From Thermoleophilaceae bacterium (lineage in GTDB: Bacteria; Actinomycetota; Thermoleophilia; Solirubrobacterales; Thermoleophilaceae): a stretch of 35,592 bases of DNA. The translations under genes and the position numbers were made by a program. Shown here piece after piece: positions 26,875 to 35,016 of the stretch (position 1 is the first letter of the stretch; each line of letters opens with the position of its first letter). The notes below the pieces were generated by a model. That model saw nothing but the letters and a program-made list of their open reading frames with translations. It ran no database searches and was not told where the DNA came from. The stretch is taken from NCBI GenBank assembly GCA_035641775.1, contig DASQTS010000127.1, positions 1 to 35,592 of the forward strand, given 5' to 3'.

Positions 26875-28830
26875 ATGAGCCTCGAACGTGCGCGAGAAGC
26901 GGCGGCGAGCGGCGATTGGGACGAGGCTTACGGCCTGCTCATGGAGGCCGACTCTGATGGGCTCGTAGGTCCCGCCGATTTGCCGTTGCTCGCGGAGGTG
27001 GCCTACGCGGCCGGCGAGCTCGATGTGACCATCGAGGCGTGGGAGCGCACGCACGCCCTATGCGTTCAGGCCGGTGACCCTGTCGCGGCGGCGGGCGCAG
27101 CCGTGCGTCTCGCGATGCATCTGCTCCTGGACACCGCGCTGATGGCACCCGTGCGCGGTTGGCTCGCCCGAGCGGAGCGCCTGCTCGAGGCAACGGAGGA
27201 GACATCTGCGCACGCATGGCTGGCGGTTGTCCGCACGTACGAGCGAATGCTGACCGGCGACATCCCGAGCGCTCGGCGATGGGCCGAGCGCTCCATTGAG
27301 CTGGGCTCGTCGCACGACACTGCAGCCTGCGCCGTCGGACGAGTGGCAGCGGCCCGGCTCCGCATCCTCGACGGCGATGTCGCGGAGGGGTTGGCGCTCC
27401 TCGACGAAGCGGGCGTGGCGGCAGTGTCCGGGGACCTCGATCCGCTCTCGGCCGGGCTCGTGTACTGCGAACTCGTCTGCGCGCTGCAGGGACTCGCGCA
27501 GTACGACGCGGCCGAGGAGTGGACCGAGGCGATGGAGCGCTGGTGCCAGACCAATGCGATCGGGAGCCTCCACGGGCGCTGCCGCGTGCACCGGGCGGAG
27601 ATTCTGAGATTGCGCGGTTCGTGCGACGAAGCGGAGCGACAGGCGCTGGTGGCCTGCGAGGAGCTGAGCCCGTACCTGCATCGCGAGATGGGCTGGCCGC
27701 TCACGGAGCTCGGCCGGATTCGGTTGCGTAAGGGCGACGTCGACGGGGCCGAGGAGGCTCTTCTGGCCGCGCATCGCATCGGGTGGGAGTCCCAGCCGGG
27801 TCTCGCGCTGGTGCGCCTGGCGCGCGGCGAGGCGGCCGCAGCAGCCGCTGCCATACGGGACGCGCTCGAGCATCCCTCGCGGGTTCCTTCGAAGGAGCTG
27901 CCACCCGACTCCGACCTGCAGCGAGCCCCGCTGCTCGACGCGCAGGTCGAGATCGAGATCGCGGGCGGCGACTTCGCCCGCGCGGAGGCAGCGGCCGGCG
28001 AGCTGGAGCGCGTGGCCGCCAGGTTTCAGAGCAAGGCGCTGTTGGCCGGGGCGACACTGGCGATAGGACGAGTGCGGCTCGCGGAGGGCAATGCACCGGA
28101 GGCGGAGCGGTGTTCCTCGGAGGCGGTACGAATGTGGCACGAGATCGGCGCGCCCTATGAGGCGGCGATAGCACGAATGGTTCTCGCGGAGGCCCTCCGC
28201 GCCGGCGGAAGCGAGGACCACGCCGTCCTCGAGCTACAGGCAGCGCGAGCGATCCTCGACCGGATCCAAGTTGCGACGAGTATCGCGACTGAGACGAACG
28301 TCTTCCGCCGTGAAGGCGACTACTGGTTGCTGGTATTCGAGGGGCGCACGGAGCGCGTCCGTGATCTCAAGGGGTTCCGTTACCTCGCTCGGCTCCTCGC
28401 CCACCCTGGCCGCGAGTTCCATGTCCTGGACCTGGTCGCCGCTGAAACGGGGCAGCAGATACCACTCGGCGACGCGGGCGAAATGCTCGACGAGCGGGCC
28501 AAGAAGACGTACCGCCGCCGCCTCGCCGAGATCGAAGATGACATCGAACAGGCGCGCGCGCTGGCGGACGCCGAGCGGGAGACCCAGGCTGACGCCGAGC
28601 GCGACTTCCTGGTGCGAGAGCTCGCGCGCGCGGTCGGTCTCGGTGGTCGCGATCGCCGGGCGTCCTCCGACTCAGAGCGCGCTCGGTCCGGTGTGACTCG
28701 CGCTGTCCGACACGGCATCGCGCGCATTGGCGAACACCATCCCCAGCTCGGGGAACACCTCAACCGGGCCGTTCGCACGGGCACGTACTGCGCCTACGCT
28801 CCCGACACGGCTTCGCGGCAATGGAGCTAG
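26875..28830 (+). CDS. large TPR-like regulator-type protein with conserved C-terminal 'FRREGDYW...RDLKGFRYLARLL..PGREFHVLDL' module
   Basis: 651-aa ORF, helical-repeat rich. The C-terminal module resembles the tail of actinobacterial AAA/TPR or LuxR-associated regulators, recalled from memory. The last three codons and the TAG stop lie inside repeat copy B. Confidence 0.55.
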   Translation: MSLERAREAAASGDWDEAYGLLMEADSDGLVGPADLPLLAEVAYAAGELDVTIEAWERTHALCVQAGDPVAAAGAAVRLAMHLLLDTALMAPVRGWLARAERLLEATEETSAHAWLAVVRTYERMLTGDIPSARRWAERSIELGSSHDTAACAVGRVAAARLRILDGDVAEGLALLDEAGVAAVSGDLDPLSAGLVYCELVCALQGLAQYDAAEEWTEAMERWCQTNAIGSLHGRCRVHRAEILRLRGSCDEAERQALVACEELSPYLHREMGWPLTELGRIRLRKGDVDGAEEALLAAHRIGWESQPGLALVRLARGEAAAAAAAIRDALEHPSRVPSKELPPDSDLQRAPLLDAQVEIEIAGGDFARAEAAAGELERVAARFQSKALLAGATLAIGRVRLAEGNAPEAERCSSEAVRMWHEIGAPYEAAIARMVLAEALRAGGSEDHAVLELQAARAILDRIQVATSIATETNVFRREGDYWLLVFEGRTERVRDLKGFRYLARLLAHPGREFHVLDLVAAETGQQIPLGDAGEMLDERAKKTYRRRLAEIEDDIEQARALADAERETQADAERDFLVRELARAVGLGGRDRRASSDSERARSGVTRAVRHGIARIGEHHPQLGEHLNRAVRTGTYCAYAPDTASRQWS

Positions 28831-28930
28831 CCGGACTCGAACCGGAGCACGTCGCGGCGACGCGCCGATAGGCGTGGATTACCCTGGATTGCGTGCGGTT
28901 TGGGCACCGGAAGCGGCCTGGTGCCCATTC
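28821..28930 (-). repeat. copy B (short, about 110 nt) of the tRNA-like repeat element
   Basis: Shares atggagctagccggactcgaaccgg (25 nt: T-arm plus acceptor part) with copies A and C. Also shares the distal block ggattacc..ggattgcgtgcggtttGGGCACCGGaagcggCCTGGTGCCCattc. It lacks the anticodon-like and middle blocks. Confidence 0.8.
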
Positions 28931-28973
28931 ATCGGCCTGAGGTATCCCTCGCAGCAGCTGCGACGGTCTCGAC

Positions 28974-29355
28974 ATGCTCGATTGGACGAGGAAGAACTTC
29001 GACGATCTCCGCGATGTCAGCGCCCGCAGGGTGTTCGGATCCAGTGGCGATTCGCGCGGGATGCCCTCGGGTCACCCGAGCTCGGCGTGAGCCGGTGCAC
29101 CTACGATCGGGGCGCCCGCACGCCGTGGGGTCACCGGCATCGTGTGCAGGAGGAGGCCTACGTCGTGGTCGCCGGCTCCGGCCGGGCCAAGCTCGACGAC
29201 GAGGCCGTCAACTCTCAGCCTGGGACGTGCTGCGGGTCGCTCCCGCGGTGGTCCGCTCGTTCGAGGGCGGCCCGGAGGGCGTCGACGTGATCTGCATCGG
29301 TGGCCGGAAGCCGGACGGAGGCGACTCGGAGCGGTTCGAGGACTGCTGGGATTGA
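28974..29355 (+). pseudogene. cupin-domain gene disrupted by two frameshifts
   Basis: A cupin-like sequence is readable only by joining three frames. Frame of 28974: 'MLDWTRKNFDDLRDVSARRVFG'. Frame of track ORF 28727: 'IQWRFARDALGSPELGVSRCTYDRGARTPWGHRHRVQEEAYVVVAGSGRAKLDDEAVN'. Frame of track ORF 28900: 'WDVLRVAPAVVRSFEGGPEGVDVICIGG...'. The shifts fall near 29036-29042 and 29210-29220. Confidence 0.6.
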
Positions 29356-29423
29356 TCGGCCCGACAGTGGAGCCGGCGGAGCGCGTGCTGGCGGGGGCAT
29401 TGCCTTGCCCTTAGGGTTGGGCG

Positions 29424-30896
29424 ATGGGGACCGAGGCCATCGCAGCGCAGGAGCTCGACACGGCCGGGTTCCGCGAGGCTGAGGCCGCGTTCCTCGCCGC
29501 CGATCCCTCCTACCGGGCGACCGCGATCCTGGACGAGCTCCGCGCGACCGAGTACGCGCGCCTCGACGAGCACGGCGACGTCTACCTCGACTACACCGGC
29601 GGCAGCCTGTACGCGGCATCGCAGCTCGACGACCACATGCGGCTGCTGCGCGAGACCGTCTACGGCAACCCGCACAGCGTCAACCCCACGTCGTCCGCCG
29701 CGACCGTTCTGGTCGAGCAGGCGCGCTCCGCCGTGCTGCGTTACTTCGAGGCCGACCCGAGCGAGTACGCCTGCATCTTCACCCCGAACGCGACCGGCGC
29801 CCTGCGGCTCGTCGGCGAGGCCTACCCGTTCGGCCCGCGCGACCGCTTCCTCGCGACGTTTGACAACCACAACTCGGTCAACGGCATTCGCGAGTTCGCG
29901 CACGCGAAGGGAGCGCGGACCGCGTACGTGCCGCTGGAGGCGCCCGACCTGCGCGTCGCCGAGGAGCTTCTCGAGCGCTACCTCGACGAGGCGGATCCCC
30001 AAGGCCACAACCTCTTCGCCTACCCGGCGCAGTCGAACTTCTCCGGCGTCAAGCACCCGCTCGAGTGGGTCGCGGCGGCGCAGCAACGGGGCTGGCACGT
30101 GTGCGTCGACGCGGCCGCGTTCGTGCCGACCAGCCGGCTCGACCTGTCGGTCTGGAAGCCGGACTTCGTCCCGATCTCGTTCTACAAGATGTTCGGTTAT
30201 CCGTCCGGTATCGGTGCGCTGATCGCGCGCCGCCCGGCGCTCGAGCGACTCCACCGCCCGTGGTTCAGCGGCGGCACCGTCGTCGCCGCGAACGTCCAGG
30301 GCGAGCTCGTCGTGCCGCTGTCCGGCCACGCGTTGTTCGAGGATGGGACGGTCAACTACCTCGGGATCCCCGCGGTCGAGATCGGTCTGCGCCACCTCGA
30401 GCGGATCGGGGTCGAGACGATCGCGCGGCGCGTGCGGTCGCTCGGCACATGGCTGCTCGACCAGCTGCAGCGGCTCCGCCACTCGGACGGAACACCGGCC
30501 ACACGCATCTACGGCCCCGGCACCTGGGACCGACGCGGCGCCACGATGGCGTTCAACTTCCTCCACCCGGACGGCCGCGTGGTCGACGAACGTTTCGTCG
30601 ACATCGTCGCGGCGGCGCACAGGATCTCCCTCCGCACCGGCTGCTTCTGCAACTCGGGCGCGGGGGAGATCGCCTTCTCGCTCTCGAGGGACACGCTCAT
30701 CGGCGCGGAGTTCGAGGATGGGATGATCCTCGACGACTACAGGGAGCGCATCGGCATGCCGACCGGCGGCGCCGTGCGCCTGTCGCTCGGGCTCGCGTCG
30801 AACTTCGCCGACGCCCACCGCTTCATGCGCTTCGCGACGGAGTTCCGCGACGTCGCCGAGGTCCCGGACGGCCTGCCGCCGCGCATCGCCTGCTAG
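29424..30896 (+). CDS. class V aminotransferase-fold PLP enzyme resembling the NifS-like domain of eukaryotic molybdenum cofactor sulfurase (no MOSC domain)
   Basis: 'YLDYTGGSLYAASQLDDHMRLLRETVYGNPHSVNPTS', 'PAQSNFSGVKHPLEW', 'DFVPISFYKMFGYPSGIGALIAR' and 'RTGCFCNSGAGE ... GAVRLSLGLASNFADAHRFMRF' parallel ABA3/HMCS/MOCOS N-domains, as I recall them. Confidence 0.8.
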   Translation: MGTEAIAAQELDTAGFREAEAAFLAADPSYRATAILDELRATEYARLDEHGDVYLDYTGGSLYAASQLDDHMRLLRETVYGNPHSVNPTSSAATVLVEQARSAVLRYFEADPSEYACIFTPNATGALRLVGEAYPFGPRDRFLATFDNHNSVNGIREFAHAKGARTAYVPLEAPDLRVAEELLERYLDEADPQGHNLFAYPAQSNFSGVKHPLEWVAAAQQRGWHVCVDAAAFVPTSRLDLSVWKPDFVPISFYKMFGYPSGIGALIARRPALERLHRPWFSGGTVVAANVQGELVVPLSGHALFEDGTVNYLGIPAVEIGLRHLERIGVETIARRVRSLGTWLLDQLQRLRHSDGTPATRIYGPGTWDRRGATMAFNFLHPDGRVVDERFVDIVAAAHRISLRTGCFCNSGAGEIAFSLSRDTLIGAEFEDGMILDDYRERIGMPTGGAVRLSLGLASNFADAHRFMRFATEFRDVAEVPDGLPPRIAC

Positions 30897-31861
30897 AGGC
30901 TGGCCGCCAGCCGCGCGTGCGGGCGCAGCGCCTGCCGCAGGGCCGCCATCAGGTCGCGCAGGACGACGTCGAGGAACACGTGCGAGCCCGCGTCCTCGCC
31001 GTTGAAGAGGCGCTCCCACGCGGCATGTGGCAGGACCAGCAGCAGCGTGCGCTCGCGCGTGGCCGCCGTCACGGGTGCCGGGGCGCCGTCGATCAGGCTC
31101 TCGTAGCCGAACGCCAGGCCTGGGCCGGCGAGCCCGACGCGGATCCGACGACCGCCGCGCACGATCACACGCTCCACCGCACCGTTGATCGTCACGTAGC
31201 AGGCGTTCGACGGCTCGCCCTCGGCGACGATCGTGCGGCCGGCCGGGCAGCGCGCGTAACGACCGGCCGTCAAGAAGCCCCAGAGCGCGAGGGAGTCGAA
31301 CGCGCGGAAGTTGGCGAGCCGGCGGACGTAACGGCTGTCCGGCGGGCCGCAGAACTCCAGCTCCGCGCGCGCGTCGGCCCCCGGCGGGTCGGGCTCGCCG
31401 CCGTTCAACGACTCCGCCAGACCGCCCAAGTGCTCGCGCAGCCGTATGCACGCCACGCCTGCCAGCCGCCGCTTGAGCGCAAACGCGGTCGGGTGGCGGC
31501 GCGAGACGAGTGCGGCGAAGTCCGCCCGGCTGAGCGAGAGCAGCCGTGCCGGTTCGACGACGCGCGCAGTCGCCGAGTGCGGCCCCCCGTCGAGCAGCGG
31601 GACCTCGCCCAGCACTTCCCCGCGGCCGACGCGGCCCAACTCGACGGTGCGATTGCCGGGCAGGTGAAGAGACAAGGACACGGCGCCGTCGACAACCAGC
31701 AGCATCGCGGAGGCCTTGTCGCTCTCGCGCCACAGCACCTCGCCCGCGGGGAGATCGCGCCGCCGCATGACCCGCGCCAGCTCTGCAAGCTCGGCGCCCG
31801 GCATGCCCTCCAGCAGCGGCACCGTGGCCAGAAAGCCGGCGACCCCGCCGTCGTCAGACAT
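30893..31861 (-). CDS. tandem cyclic-nucleotide-binding-domain (CAP_ED x2) protein without recognisable output domain
   Basis: Two CAP_ED-like segments ('FLATVPLLEGMPGAELAELA...GEVLGEVPLLDGGPHSATARV' and 'FRAFDSLALWGFL...GLAFGYESLIDGAPAPVTAAT'). Start placed at ATG 31861, giving an ATGTCTGA overlap with the upstream stop. The track alternative start is 31891. Confidence 0.75.
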   Translation of the reverse strand: MSDDGGVAGFLATVPLLEGMPGAELAELARVMRRRDLPAGEVLWRESDKASAMLLVVDGAVSLSLHLPGNRTVELGRVGRGEVLGEVPLLDGGPHSATARVVEPARLLSLSRADFAALVSRRHPTAFALKRRLAGVACIRLREHLGGLAESLNGGEPDPPGADARAELEFCGPPDSRYVRRLANFRAFDSLALWGFLTAGRYARCPAGRTIVAEGEPSNACYVTINGAVERVIVRGGRRIRVGLAGPGLAFGYESLIDGAPAPVTAATRERTLLLVLPHAAWERLFNGEDAGSHVFLDVVLRDLMAALRQALRPHARLAASL

Positions 31862-32774
31862 CCAGATCGCGCGTCTCGAAGTTGAGTCCATCCGACGTTA
31901 GCGCCGCTGTGATCATCGAGTACTCCGGCACCTCGAGCCAGGTGGAGGGGTCGACCGTGAGCGGCTCGGATGCGATCAGCAGCGAGCGTGGCCGGTCCGA
32001 CGCCGTCATGACGGAGCTGCCGTTGTGCTCTATGTACTCGCCGCCGATCGTGTACCAGAGGCTGCAGTACGGCAGGTCCGTCTCGAGCAGCGTGTCCTCG
32101 TCGGGGTACCAGCCGTAGTCGAACGAGAAGCGCGTCGCGACGAGCGCCTGGCCCGTGGTCAGGCAGAGGTTCACCGGCGACGACGTGTCGATCCCGTGCC
32201 CCGACCGGACCTCACGCAGGATGCGCAGCGCGGACGCCGCGGCGTCGGCGAGCTCGCGCGCCTCCGGCATCCCGTTCGGATCGTCGAGCTGCGACAGCAC
32301 GAGCGCGTAGATCCACTCGGAGTCGGTCGTCCCCTCGATCCGTTGCGCCAGTTCCGGCCTGATGTGCCGTACCAGGTCGTATCGCATGCGGCGGAACTCG
32401 CGCAGGTGCCCGTTGTGCGCCAGCGCCACGTGGGCGCCGCTGAAGCGGAACGGGTGGAGGTTCGTTTCGGCAACGATCTCCTCGTCGCTCCAGGTGACGC
32501 CGCGAATGTGGGCGGTCAGGCAAGTCGGAGTGACCTTGGTGGCCAGGCTGCGCAGGTTCCGGTCGAACGCCGGCAGCCTCGTCACGCGATAGGTGAACGG
32601 GTCCTCGGAGCAGACCGACCGCGCGTCCCAGGCGACCATGCCGAAGCCGGCGAGGTTGAGGAACTTGTTCATCATCCGCGGGCTGTAGGACTGGCGGACG
32701 AGCGAGCTGTCGGTGTCGAAGAGCACGTGCTCGAGCGATATCGGTTCGCCGAGGTACGCCAGTACGCGGCACAT
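31854..32774 (-). CDS. class II (Ntn) glutamine amidotransferase-like protein
   Basis: Trimmed to ATG 32774 so the product begins 'MCRVLAYLGEPISLEHVLF...'. An N-terminal Cys after Met is obligatory for Ntn class II GATases. 'NLHPFRFSGAHVALAHNGHL' is typical of the family. Confidence 0.85.
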   Translation of the reverse strand: MCRVLAYLGEPISLEHVLFDTDSSLVRQSYSPRMMNKFLNLAGFGMVAWDARSVCSEDPFTYRVTRLPAFDRNLRSLATKVTPTCLTAHIRGVTWSDEEIVAETNLHPFRFSGAHVALAHNGHLREFRRMRYDLVRHIRPELAQRIEGTTDSEWIYALVLSQLDDPNGMPEARELADAAASALRILREVRSGHGIDTSSPVNLCLTTGQALVATRFSFDYGWYPDEDTLLETDLPYCSLWYTIGGEYIEHNGSSVMTASDRPRSLLIASEPLTVDPSTWLEVPEYSMITAALTSDGLNFETRDLDV

Positions 32775-32872
32775 GCGCCGATGGTATATCTGCACCTTGG
32801 CCCGGCCGATCCGCTGGCCGTGGCGCCGGCGAGCAGGTAGCCTCATTGCGTGAACCAGGAGGAGAAGGCCAG

Positions 32873-33046
32873 ATGAAGGAGTTTGCCTGCGGAGAGCTCG
32901 TACCCGGCTGCGAAGCCAGGTTCCAGAGCGAGTCCGAAGACGAGCTCTTCCAGCAGATCACGAGTCACGCGCGCGACGAGCACGGGATGGACGAGGTCCC
33001 ACCGGAGGTCGTCGACCAGATCCGCGCGCGGATCCAGGAGCGTTAG
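32873..33046 (+). CDS. DUF1059 small metal-binding-type protein (57 aa)
   Basis: ATG 32873 preceded by AGGAGGAGAAGG. 'MKEFACGELVPGCEARFQSESEDELFQQITSHARDEHGM' fits the DUF1059 pattern (C-x-x-x-x-x-G-C ... H-x-x-x-x-H-G). Confidence 0.8.
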   Translation: MKEFACGELVPGCEARFQSESEDELFQQITSHARDEHGMDEVPPEVVDQIRARIQER

Positions 33047-33054
33047 GGCAGCGC

Positions 33055-33609
33055 GTGCACCTCACGTTCGGTGACCGGCTCTCGGGCGTCACGGCTGACG
33101 GCACGGAACTGCGCGCCGCCGTGTTCGACGAGAACGCTGTGCGGGCGGCCGCCGGCCTGACGATGGTCATCGGGGCGATCGCGTTCGCGTTCGCCTATTT
33201 CGACCAGAACTACCTGCCGTTGCAGGTGGTCGCGACGTTCTTTTTCGTCGAGTTCTTCGTGCGCGTCACGACGGGGCTCCGCTACAGCCCCGCCGGGGTC
33301 GTCGCGCGAGCGCTGGTCCGCGGGAACCCGCCGCACTGGGTCTCGGCCAAGCCGAAGCGGTTCGCCTGGACGCTCGGCCTCGCGCTCTCCTTCGCGATGA
33401 CGGTCATCACCAACAGCGGCATCCGCGGCACGCTGCCGCGGGCGATCTGCCTGGTCTGCCTGACGCTGATGTGGCTGGAGGCGGTGCTCGGCCTGTGCCT
33501 CGGCTGCAAGCTGCACGGGCTGCTCGTGCGTCGTGGCCTGACCACCAAGGACCCCGCGTTCGAGGTTTGCGCGCACGGCGCGTGCGAGCTGCCGACCCGA
33601 GCCGCCTGA
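33055..33609 (+). CDS. DUF4395 family membrane protein
   Basis: 'FDENAVRAAAGLTMVIGAIAFAFAYF...FFFVEFFVRV...CLVCLTLMWLEAVLGLCLGCKLHGLL' shows four hydrophobic spans and the C-terminal CxGC region typical of DUF4395. Confidence 0.7.
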   Translation: MHLTFGDRLSGVTADGTELRAAVFDENAVRAAAGLTMVIGAIAFAFAYFDQNYLPLQVVATFFFVEFFVRVTTGLRYSPAGVVARALVRGNPPHWVSAKPKRFAWTLGLALSFAMTVITNSGIRGTLPRAICLVCLTLMWLEAVLGLCLGCKLHGLLVRRGLTTKDPAFEVCAHGACELPTRAA

Positions 33610-33646
33610 CAGCAGCGCCCACGGGGCGACACCAGGCACTTCCCGA

Positions 33647-33825
33647 ATGGAGCTAGCCGGACTCGAACCGGCGGCCTCCTGGGTGCGATGCGGGACCGCC
33701 ATTGTGCGTGAGGGGGCGGCGTTTTCTGCTCTACAGAGCGGAACCGATGCGGCGAAGCGCGGATGGGCGTGGATTGCCGTGGATTACGTTCGATTTGGGC
33801 ACCAGAAGTGGCCCGCTGCCCATTC
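33647..33825 (-). repeat. copy C (about 179 nt) of the tRNA-like repeat element
   Basis: Positions 33647-33695 are identical (49/49) to copy A. It shares the middle block gcggcgttttc(t/g)gctc(t/a)acagagcgga and the distal block ...ggattacgttcgatttGGGCACCAGaagtggCCCGCTGCCCattc. Begins 38 nt after the DUF4395 stop. Confidence 0.85.
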
Positions 33826-34029
33826 GACGGCCCGGCCTATCCTGGCGCGGCTGCTTCGCATGGAATGCGATGCAACGCTCTGCCCATGATGGTGTCGCTG
33901 CACCGACGCACCGGAAGGCCGTGCTGCGGAGCTCTACGGAATGAAGCACCCTCGATTGCGGCAACGCTGTTCGAGACGCTGCATGGCGCCGGGTGATGAG
34001 TTTTTGGGCCGCCCGCCGTCACACACACT

Positions 34030-35016
34030 ATGAGCTCCATCACCGAAGACCTCCGGCCGCTCGACGAGCAGGCCTTCGGCGCCCGCGTCGAGGCGCACCG
34101 CCGCGAGTTGCACGTCCACTGCTACCGCCTGCTCGGATCGTTCGAGGAGGCCGAGGACCTCGTCCAGGAGGCGTTCCTGCGCGCGTGGCGCCGGCGCGAG
34201 ACATACGAGGGCCGCGCGTCGGTTCGCGCGTGGCTGTACCGGATCGCGACGAACGCCTGCCTCGACGCCCTCGACAAGCGCCCGCGGCGGCCGAGCGCGA
34301 GCGGCGAGGTCGCGTGGCTGCAGCCCTATCCCGACGAACTCCTCGAGCAGCTGGTCGACCGGCGCGAGGGCCCGGAGGACGTGGCGCTCGCCAAGGAGAC
34401 CGTCGAGCTGGCGTTCATCGCCGCGATCCAGCACCTCGCGCCGCTGCCGCGGGCCGTGCTCGTGCTGCGCGACGTCCTCGGCTGCTCGGCGAAGGAGACC
34501 GCGCGGCTGCTCGAGGCGACAGAGGCGTCGGTGAACTCCGCGCTGCAGCGTGCGCGGGCTGGGTTGCGGGAGAGCCTGCCCGAGGACCGCGAGGCGTGGC
34601 AGTACGCCGCCGAGCAGACCGCCGCCGAGCGGGAGTTGCTCGCCCGCTACGTCGAATGCAGCGAGCGCGCCGATGCCGAGGGCCTGGCCACGCTCATGCA
34701 CGAGGACGTCCGCTTCTCAATGCCGCCGACGCCTGGCGTCTGGACCGGCCGAAGCAAGGTCGTACAGAGCTGGATCGACGGCGGGTTCGGATCGGAGGCG
34801 TTCGGCAGCATGCGGTGCGTGGTCACCCGCGCCAACGGTCAGCCCGCGGTCGCGGCCTACGTGCTCAAGCCGGGCGACGCCGCGTACGAACCGCTGGCGA
34901 TCGACGTCCTGCGGGTGCAGGACGGGGTGGTCACCGAGATCGTCACGTTCGACGGCGCGGTGTTCGAGCACTTCGACCTACCGGCCACGCTTAGCGTGGC
35001 GGACGGTACGAGATGA
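34030..35016 (+). CDS. ECF-type sigma-70 family factor with C-terminal SnoaL/NTF2-like extension
   Basis: Region 2 'HCYRLLGSFEEAEDLVQEAFLRAW' and 'WLYRIATNACLDAL'. Region 4 'LPRAVLVLRDVLGCSAKETARLLEATEASVNSALQRAR'. A tail of about 130 aa ('LLARYVECSERADAEGLATLMHEDVRF...GVVTEIVTF') resembles SnoaL-type extensions of ECF41/56-like sigma factors. Confidence 0.85.
   Translation: MSSITEDLRPLDEQAFGARVEAHRRELHVHCYRLLGSFEEAEDLVQEAFLRAWRRRETYEGRASVRAWLYRIATNACLDALDKRPRRPSASGEVAWLQPYPDELLEQLVDRREGPEDVALAKETVELAFIAAIQHLAPLPRAVLVLRDVLGCSAKETARLLEATEASVNSALQRARAGLRESLPEDREAWQYAAEQTAAERELLARYVECSERADAEGLATLMHEDVRFSMPPTPGVWTGRSKVVQSWIDGGFGSEAFGSMRCVVTRANGQPAVAAYVLKPGDAAYEPLAIDVLRVQDGVVTEIVTFDGAVFEHFDLPATLSVADGTR

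Noticed and set aside
30893-31861. cNMP-binding protein as a Pycsar/CBASS-type defence effector.
   Set aside because: No nucleotide cyclase, TIR, TM, nuclease or other effector domain is present in the protein or in neighbouring genes. The context is metabolic.
33647-33725. Intact tRNA-Ala gene, or tmRNA, on the minus strand at any of the three repeat copies.
   Set aside because: There is no 5' acceptor strand (GGGGCUA/GGAGCUA) or D-arm within about 200 nt, and the anticodon stem forms only 3 of 5 pairs. The elements are far too short and too numerous for tmRNA, and no tag-peptide reading frame is evident.
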